This document shows, piece after piece, positions 57,987 through 64,000 of a DNA stretch of 64,000 nt. Within the stretch, counting starts at the first letter, position 1. Every line of letters begins with the position of its first letter. The stretch is taken from NCBI GenBank assembly GCA_963725665.1, contig CAVRZA010000011.1:160001-224000 (forward strand). The letters are read 5' to 3'. The DNA is from an uncultured Actinomycetes bacterium. GTDB taxonomy: Bacteria > Actinomycetota > Thermoleophilia > UBA2241. Below the pieces are notes generated by a model, which was not told the DNA's origin, searched no databases, and saw nothing but the letters and a program-made list of their open reading frames with translations. A program made the position numbers and the translations under genes.

Positions 57987-59168
57987 CTAGGCCCGCGCCC
58001 CGAAGAGCTCCCCGTGTTTGGCCGCGATGCCCTCGGCCAAACGATCAAGCGCCGCGTAGTCCTCCGTGCGCGGCAAGCCCTTGCACATCACCGGCTCGAA
58101 GAACTCGGCCTTCACGTGGGGCATCAGCCCGGCGAGCTGGTCGACCGTCTTGCCTCCCCAGCCGTACGAGCCGACGATGGCAGCGTACTTCATCTTCGGC
58201 TTCAACGCGTTGGTCAGAAACGCCGCCGTAGCGGCCGCAGGATGCGGGCCGCCGAGCACCGTCGGTGTGCCGATGACCACGGTGGCCGCATCGACCAGAG
58301 CGGTGGCGAGCTTGCCCGTGTCGACCGACGCGAGATCGAAGCGCTCGACGCCGACGCCACGTGCAGCGAGCCCGTCGACGAGGCGGTCGACCATGTGCCG
58401 CGTGCTGTCGTGCATCGACACGTAGACGATCACGGCGAGGTTCTTGGGCTCGTCCGACACCCAGTCCCGGTAGGCGTCGATGATGAACGCCGGCTTGTCG
58501 TAGACGGGCCCATGCGAGGGAGCGATGAACTTGATCTTGTAGCCGTCGAGCTTGTCGAGGTTCTTCTGGATGATGTTGCGGAAGGGCATCATGATCTCGG
58601 CGAAGTAACGCTTCGCCGGTTCGTAGACGCGGCGCTCCTCGGCGAAGAGGTCGGTGGTGGCGAGGTGGGAGCCGAAGAAGTCGCAACTGAGAAGGAGCTT
58701 CTCCTGCTGCACGTAGGTCGACATGGTCTCCGGCCAATGCACCCATGGGGTGTACAGGAACTTCAGCGTCAGATCGCCGAGCGAAAGGCTCTCGCCGTCG
58801 GCCACCGGCGAGAAGCGCTCGTCGGGCAGGTGAAGCAGATCGATGAGCATCCCCTTGCAGCGCTCCGAGCAGACGATCTTCGCCTTTGGATAGCGCTCGA
58901 GCACCGCGGCCAGTGAGCCGGAGTGGTCCTGCTCGGCGTGGTTGGCCACGATGTAGTCGACCCTGTCGATGCCCTCGAGCTGCTCGAGCAGCACCCCGGT
59001 GAAAGCCGGGTCGACCGTCTCGACGAGCGCCGTCTTGTCGCTGCCGAAGACTAAGTAGGCGTTGTAGCTCGTGCCGTCGGGGATGGGGATGAGCGCGTCA
59101 AAGAGCCGCCGATCCCAATCGACTGCGCCGACGAGCGAGACCCTGTCGGTGATCTTGCGAGCCTTCAT
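57987..59168 (-). CDS. fprA: Flavodiiron protein (A-type flavoprotein)
   Basis: GTSYNAY, NHAEQDHSG, HWPET, SCDFFG, PSHG and GSYGW motifs. Confidence 0.93.
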   Translation of the reverse strand: MKARKITDRVSLVGAVDWDRRLFDALIPIPDGTSYNAYLVFGSDKTALVETVDPAFTGVLLEQLEGIDRVDYIVANHAEQDHSGSLAAVLERYPKAKIVCSERCKGMLIDLLHLPDERFSPVADGESLSLGDLTLKFLYTPWVHWPETMSTYVQQEKLLLSCDFFGSHLATTDLFAEERRVYEPAKRYFAEIMMPFRNIIQKNLDKLDGYKIKFIAPSHGPVYDKPAFIIDAYRDWVSDEPKNLAVIVYVSMHDSTRHMVDRLVDGLAARGVGVERFDLASVDTGKLATALVDAATVVIGTPTVLGGPHPAAATAAFLTNALKPKMKYAAIVGSYGWGGKTVDQLAGLMPHVKAEFFEPVMCKGLPRTEDYAALDRLAEGIAAKHGELFGARA

Positions 59169-59201
59169 GGCACCCCTCTAAGGATCGACTGCGACTGGGG
59201 A

Positions 59202-59864
59202 CTAGGCTATCCGCCACCCGCTGTCGTGTCGAGCACGCCTCCCCAAGGGACGCCGCAGCACCCGCCTCGGTCCTTCCCTGGCCGTTCGGTTTCCGACTTT
59301 CGGTGGCTGCGCCGACGCGCGCCCCGGCACACGCTTCGCCGAGGGTCCCCGCGCTCTTGACCGCGCGCCGTCACTGTCGCCCGCGCACGGTGTAAGCCGC
59401 TGGGCCTCGACCAGGCGCCAGAGGAGCTCGGCAAGCCTCCAACGCTCGTGCGGGCGCCACTCGGCGAGCTTGAGGCTGAGATCGGACGCGCGTGCTTGCC
59501 GGATCTGCCGCAGCGCGTTGAGCCCTTCGACCGTGAGGCGCACGCGCCAAACGCGATGATCTCTGGGGTCACGCGCGGCGTAGATGAGACGATCGCGATG
59601 CAGGCGAGCGAGGTGGCGCGACAACGTCGTCTTGTCGATGCGCAGGTTGCGCGCCAGGTGGGTGGGCGTCGGAGACGTGACGATGTCGATTTCGTTGAGG
59701 ACGGCGTAGCGCACGGGCGTGAGCCGCCACGCCGCGAAGGCCAGCGGCAGGCCGGCGTTGCGCAGCGAAACGATGTAGGGGCGGGGCTTGACGGCGGCGA
59801 AGACCAGGGCCGTCAGCGCCGCCTCGATCATCGCCTCGAGGTTGTCGCGCTCGCGAGGGTGCAC
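59202..59864 (-). CDS. MarR family transcriptional regulator
   Basis: LARNLRIDKTTLSRHLARL...DPRDHR..V.LT.EG motif. Confidence 0.75.
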   Translation of the reverse strand: MHPRERDNLEAMIEAALTALVFAAVKPRPYIVSLRNAGLPLAFAAWRLTPVRYAVLNEIDIVTSPTPTHLARNLRIDKTTLSRHLARLHRDRLIYAARDPRDHRVWRVRLTVEGLNALRQIRQARASDLSLKLAEWRPHERWRLAELLWRLVEAQRLTPCAGDSDGARSRARGPSAKRVPGRASAQPPKVGNRTAREGPRRVLRRPLGRRARHDSGWRIA

Positions 59865-59928
59865 GCGCTCCAGCGTAGCCGCATGCGGGTTGTTGCGAGA
59901 AGTAGGGGACGGGGTGGGTGTGGTGGCT

Positions 59929-59963
59929 GTTTCAGGCAGTTGGCATATACAACCACCTGAAAC
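59929..59963. promoter_or_regulatory. Imperfect palindrome upstream of the MarR gene (operator and/or terminator)
   Basis: GTTTCAGG-CAGTTG-GCATATA-CAACCA-CCTGAAAC. Confidence 0.5.
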
Positions 59964-60062
59964 GGCGAATCACCACCACCGGCCGAGCTCGGAGGCGGCG
60001 CCGCAGAAGGGAAGCTGCGTTGGGGCGCGGAAGAAGCGAGCGAGGTCCGCAGCCCTCGAGCC

Positions 60063-61280
60063 CTACAGCTCGTTCACGAGCTGCTCGAGGAAGAGGCCGA
60101 CGTCGGTGACGATGCCGATGGTCTGGAAGCTGCCGCGGTCGGCCAGTTTCGTCACGACCGCGGGGTTGATGTCGACGCAGACGGTGAGCACCGAGGCGGG
60201 CAGCAGGTTGCCCGTGGCGATAGAGTGCAGCATGCTCGAGAGCATGAGGCAGGCGCCGGCGTCCTGGCAGTAGGGGCGCATCGCCTGCTGGGCGCCGACG
60301 ACGTCGCTGATCACTTCCGGGAGCGGACCGTCGTCGCGGATCGACCCGGCGAGCACGAAGGGCGTGCCGGTCGTCACCAACGTGTGCATCAAACCGGTCT
60401 TGAGCACGCCCTGCTCGACCGCCTGCCGGATGCCGCCGCAGCGCCGCACGGTGTTGATGGCGCGCAGGTGATGCTCGTGGCCGCCGGGCGCCGGCGTCCC
60501 CTCGGTGAGCGAGACGCCGAGCGAGGTGCCGAAGAGCGCGGACTCGATGTCGTGGGTCGCCACCGCGTTGCCGCCAAAGAGCACGTCGACGTAGCCCAGC
60601 TTCACGAGGCGCGCGAGGTGGCCGTGCGCGCCGGTGTGCACCACGGCAGGCCCCACGACGGCGATGATCTTGCGTTCCTGTTCCTTGCTGCGTCTCAGCA
60701 GCCGCGCCACCTCGTGGATGATCTGCGCCTTGGGCTTCTCAGAGGACACCGCTGAGGCCATGAACTCGAACGGCTGGCTCTCGCGCGGGCGTTCGAGGGG
60801 CACGACGCGGAGGCCGCGGCGACCGACGACCAGTCGGTCGCCGCGGCGCACGTCGCTCATCGGTATCGTCTCGGCCGTGCGGCCCGCCGCATCGACCTTG
60901 ACGCCGCAGTCCATTTCCGGCCTCTCCACACGCACCCACTGCCCGCCGAGGCGCACGTACGTCTCGAGGTTCGTGGTCGAGTAGAACTCGTCGGGGAACA
61001 CTCCGTCGGTCGGCGCCTCGGCGAGCTCGGCGTCGTGCGGTTCCACAGAGACGGCGCCGTGCTCTTGGATCGCCTCGAGGATCATCTCGAGGTGCGCTTG
61101 GTCGCGCCCGAAAACACGCAGCACGGCGGTCGAGATGTCCGTCTTGGTGCGCCCGACCTCGAACGACAGGATCTCGTACTCCCCCTCGAGATCCATGATG
61201 TCGTCCATGATCCGCGGGACGAGCAGTGAGTCGATCAGGTGGCCCTGGATGCGGACGTCCTCGTAGAGCTTGCGCGGCAT
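60063..61280 (-). CDS. TIGR00300 family (LOR/SDH-conserved domain) protein, ornithine cyclodeaminase-like
   Basis: GHLIDS, FYSTTN, EMDC, GPAVVHTG, HDIE, AGSIRDDGP, LHSIATGN and KLADRGS motifs. Confidence 0.9.
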   Translation of the reverse strand: MPRKLYEDVRIQGHLIDSLLVPRIMDDIMDLEGEYEILSFEVGRTKTDISTAVLRVFGRDQAHLEMILEAIQEHGAVSVEPHDAELAEAPTDGVFPDEFYSTTNLETYVRLGGQWVRVERPEMDCGVKVDAAGRTAETIPMSDVRRGDRLVVGRRGLRVVPLERPRESQPFEFMASAVSSEKPKAQIIHEVARLLRRSKEQERKIIAVVGPAVVHTGAHGHLARLVKLGYVDVLFGGNAVATHDIESALFGTSLGVSLTEGTPAPGGHEHHLRAINTVRRCGGIRQAVEQGVLKTGLMHTLVTTGTPFVLAGSIRDDGPLPEVISDVVGAQQAMRPYCQDAGACLMLSSMLHSIATGNLLPASVLTVCVDINPAVVTKLADRGSFQTIGIVTDVGLFLEQLVNEL

Positions 61281-61335
61281 GGGTCGCTCCTCTGTCAGCG
61301 TGCCGGCGTCGAGGTTGGCGCAGGGCCGGTCGACG

Positions 61336-62325
61336 CTAGCCGACCGAGTCTATCGTAGTCCGGCCACCGTCAACGGTGAGGAGTGCGTCCCCCGGCGTCC
61401 CCGGCTCGCGCGTCCCGCGAGTGGGGAGAAGCTCGATGACGAGCACACCGCAGAAGATCAGCGTGGCCCCCGTTATGAGCCGCCAGGTGATCGAGTCCAT
61501 GCCGAATATGATGCCGAAGACGGCGCCGAAGACGCTTTCGAAGCAGAGCAGGACGGCGGCGTGTGTCGAGGTCGTGCGGCGCTGCGCCCACGACTGCACG
61601 AAGAAGGCGTAGATGGTGCCCGAGAGGGCCGTCCAGACGATCGCCGCCCAGGCCTGCCACGGTAGCGCCAGGGTGACGTCGGTGACGAACGGCGTGATGA
61701 CGGCGGCGAACACCGCCGAGGCGGCGATCTGAGTGATGGCGAGGGTCGCCGGCGCCACTTTCGCGGCGAAGAACCCGGTCGTCATGATGTGCAGTCCGTA
61801 GAAGAGAGCACCCAGGAGCGTCAGGCCGTCGCCCCAGCTCATGATGGCCCCGCCGCTGAAGACATCCCGTCTGAGCGAGAGTACGCCGAGCCCGGCGGTG
61901 GCGATGATGGCCCCGGCGATCTGGCTGAGGCCGGGCGAGCGCCGCGCGACGAGCCAGTAGAGGAAAGGAACCATGGCGACGTTGAGGCCTGTGATGAAGC
62001 TCGACTTGCCGGGCGTCGTGTACTGCAGGCCGACCGTCTGCACGACGAGCGCCGTGAGGTAGAAGGCGCCCAGGACGGCGCCCATCACCCAGTCGGGCCT
62101 GCGGCTGCGGGTGAGACTGCGCGGCGCGATGGCCGCGAACATGACGAAGGCCGCGACGTAGCGCAGAAGGACGTAGAGCATCGGGTCGATGCGCCCGATG
62201 GCGTCCTTGATGACGACGAAGTTGAAGCCCCAGACGACGGCTACCGAGAAGAGCGTCAGGTCGGCGACGAGCTGCTCGCGGTGCAGCCGCGCGGGAGCCT
62301 GCATCGCCGCGCGCCGGTCGGCCAT
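61336..62325 (-). CDS. DMT/EamA family transporter
   Basis: WGFNF, QTVGL, GD and ESVF motifs; about ten transmembrane helices. Confidence 0.88.
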   Translation of the reverse strand: MADRRAAMQAPARLHREQLVADLTLFSVAVVWGFNFVVIKDAIGRIDPMLYVLLRYVAAFVMFAAIAPRSLTRSRRPDWVMGAVLGAFYLTALVVQTVGLQYTTPGKSSFITGLNVAMVPFLYWLVARRSPGLSQIAGAIIATAGLGVLSLRRDVFSGGAIMSWGDGLTLLGALFYGLHIMTTGFFAAKVAPATLAITQIAASAVFAAVITPFVTDVTLALPWQAWAAIVWTALSGTIYAFFVQSWAQRRTTSTHAAVLLCFESVFGAVFGIIFGMDSITWRLITGATLIFCGVLVIELLPTRGTREPGTPGDALLTVDGGRTTIDSVG

Positions 62326-62346
62326 CGTGCCTCGCTCCCGGCGACG

Positions 62347-63105
62347 TCAGGCCGTGACGCCGCCGTCGACCGACCAGGACACGCCCGTGATCCAGGCCGC
62401 CTCGTCGGAAGCGAGGAAGGCGACGACCGCCGCGATCTCCTCGGGGCGGCCGGCGCGCCCCAGCGGGTAGGGGTCGGCCTGTACGGCCGCGTAGGCCGCC
62501 GGATCGGGCGCGTCGGCGATCGCCTTCTCGAGCATCGGCGTGTCGACGACGCCGGGCGAGACGCAGACGAGGCGGATGCCGTCGGGGCCGTGGTCGATGG
62601 CGAGGGAGCGGGTGAGCATGATGAGGCCGGCCTTGGCGGCCGAATAGACACCCGCTCCCGGTTCGCCGTGGAGACCCGAGTCGCTGGCGATGTTGATGAT
62701 GACGCCCTTCTTGCGCGTGACCATGTGCGCGAGGACGGCCTTCATGGTGAAGAAGGCACCCTTGAGGTTGGTGTCGATGCAGAGATCCCAGTCAACCTCG
62801 CTCGTCTCGAGGATCGGCCTCTCCAGCCACACGCCGGCCGAGTTCACGAGGATGTCGAGGCGCCCGTGACGCTCGAGCGTCTCGGCGACGATGCGCGCGC
62901 AGTCGGAGACGCGCGTGATGTCGCCGAGCACGTAGGAGGCGCGATCGTCGTCTGAGAGGCTGGCCGCCACGGCGCGCGTGCGCGCCGCGCCGCGTCCCAC
63001 CACGACGACGATCGCGCCCTCGTCGCAGAGCCGCCGCGCGCATGCCTCGCCGATGCCCGAGGAGCCACCCGTGACCAGCGCCACCTTGTCCTTCAACCCG
63101 AGCAC
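62347..63105 (-). CDS. SDR oxidoreductase
   Basis: TGGSSGIG, NSAG and YSAAK motifs. Confidence 0.92.
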   Translation of the reverse strand: MLGLKDKVALVTGGSSGIGEACARRLCDEGAIVVVVGRGAARTRAVAASLSDDDRASYVLGDITRVSDCARIVAETLERHGRLDILVNSAGVWLERPILETSEVDWDLCIDTNLKGAFFTMKAVLAHMVTRKKGVIINIASDSGLHGEPGAGVYSAAKAGLIMLTRSLAIDHGPDGIRLVCVSPGVVDTPMLEKAIADAPDPAAYAAVQADPYPLGRAGRPEEIAAVVAFLASDEAAWITGVSWSVDGGVTA

Positions 63106-63133
63106 GCGAGCCTCCTTGTCGGCGGTTTTGGCC

Positions 63134-64000
63134 TCAGCCAGCGCGGCCGCACCAGCGCATGGCGGTGAGCGCGACGATGGCGCAGTAGTCGACGAGCTCG
63201 TCGACCGACACGCACTCGTTCACGGCGTGGGCGGTGTTCATGCCGCGGGGACCGAACGAGAACGTGGGCGTGTCGCCGAAGAGCGTGAACGTGGCCGCGT
63301 CGTGCCACGAGTTGAGGCCGCCGAGGCGGCCGGGCCGGCCGAGCTCGGCGGCCGTCTCGAGCGCGAGCCGCACAAGGGGGTGGTCCCCCGGTATCTCGGC
63401 CGGCGGCACATCGTACTCCCACTCCCAGGTGAGCGGGTGGGCGGCGATCCAGTCGTCGGCCTCGGCGGCGGCATCGATGCGCACGCGCATCTCCTCCTTG
63501 ATCGAGGCGCCGCTCAGGCCGTGCACGGGGAGGTAGTGCGCATCGAGCGTCAGGTGGCAGAAGGCGGGGATGGTCACGTCCCAGGTGCCGCCGTCGACGA
63601 GCACGGGCACGATGTCGCCGGGAGCCAGGAGCGGGTGCCGCATGTCCGGCCGTGCCTGCCAGTCGGCGTTGAGTCGCCGGATCTCGCTGAGGATCGGGAC
63701 CAGCTTCTCGATGGCGTTCACGGCGCCGCCTTCGCGCCAGTCGGGCTGCGGTTCCTGCGAGTGGCCGGCGCGCCCCTCGATCGTGATGCGCGGCTTGAGG
63801 ATCCCCCGGCAGGCGACCCACGCCTCGAACTCGGTGGGCTCGCCGCACAGCCCGGCGTCGGCGCGATAGCCGCGCCGCACGACCTCGCGCCCCCCGGCGC
63901 CAGAGGACTCCTCGTCGGTCACGGTGGCCACGAGGAGGTCGCCGGCCAAGCGGATGCCGAGGCGGTGGAGGAGCTCGACGGCCAGGACCAGCGCGGCGAT
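63134..64000 (-). CDS. M20 family (ArgE/DapE/YgeY-like) deacylase, 5'-partial
   Basis: DEE, GEPT, GRAGHS, NAI and FGP...AH.VNE motifs. Confidence 0.88.
   Translation of the reverse strand: MAALVLAVELLHRLGIRLAGDLLVATVTDEESSGAGGREVVRRGYRADAGLCGEPTEFEAWVACRGILKPRITIEGRAGHSQEPQPDWREGGAVNAIEKLVPILSEIRRLNADWQARPDMRHPLLAPGDIVPVLVDGGTWDVTIPAFCHLTLDAHYLPVHGLSGASIKEEMRVRIDAAAEADDWIAAHPLTWEWEYDVPPAEIPGDHPLVRLALETAAELGRPGRLGGLNSWHDAATFTLFGDTPTFSFGPRGMNTAHAVNECVSVDELVDYCAIVALTAMRWCGRAG

Noticed and set aside
401-63848. Numerous long overlapping or antisense ORFs (e.g. 43619-45601, 15503-17377, 5062-6702)
   Set aside because: Arg/Ala/Gly-rich shadow frames of real genes, as expected at this high GC content.
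1-64000. CRISPR arrays, rRNA, prophage structural genes
   Set aside because: No regularly spaced repeats, rRNA-like sequence or phage hallmark proteins were seen.

Overview
This is a very GC-rich bacterial window. Codon style and gene content suggest an anaerobic Actinomycetota, e.g. Thermoleophilia-like; this is inference only. Many single-base frameshifts point to imperfectly polished long-read sequence. In order: (1) 1-7.4 kb, a heterodisulfide-reductase-like operon (HdrL-type HdrA, MvhD, ferredoxin, HdrA-MvhD fusion, HdrC-CCG fusion, HdrC), followed by a Phd/RelE-ParE toxin-antitoxin pair. (2) 8.2-13.4 kb, a glycosyltransferase cluster built around an unusual TIGR04282-type transferase/radical SAM-SPASM fusion plus a TIGR04283-type GT2, with a possible Sec-recoded tail. 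(3) 13.5-19.4 kb, accessory genes, a candidate small RNA and an IS110 element whose 5' non-coding end has bridge-RNA-like guide matches to its own junction. (4) 19.5-34.9 kb, ABC/LolA-like, EEP lipoprotein, zincin, lgt, USP, HAD-GH65, desulfurase-like, PAS-GGDEF and hom genes. (5) 35-64 kb, a large nitrogen-compound catabolic region, probably PucR-controlled: Moco maturation, a divergent Mo-hydroxylase, DUF1989, SDRs, a deacetylase, an APC permease, two tandem YgeW/AOTCase-like carbamoyltransferases, an amidinotransferase-fold deiminase, DMT transporters, a flavodiiron protein, a TIGR00300 protein and an M20 deacylase. No rRNA, complete tRNA or CRISPR array was seen.
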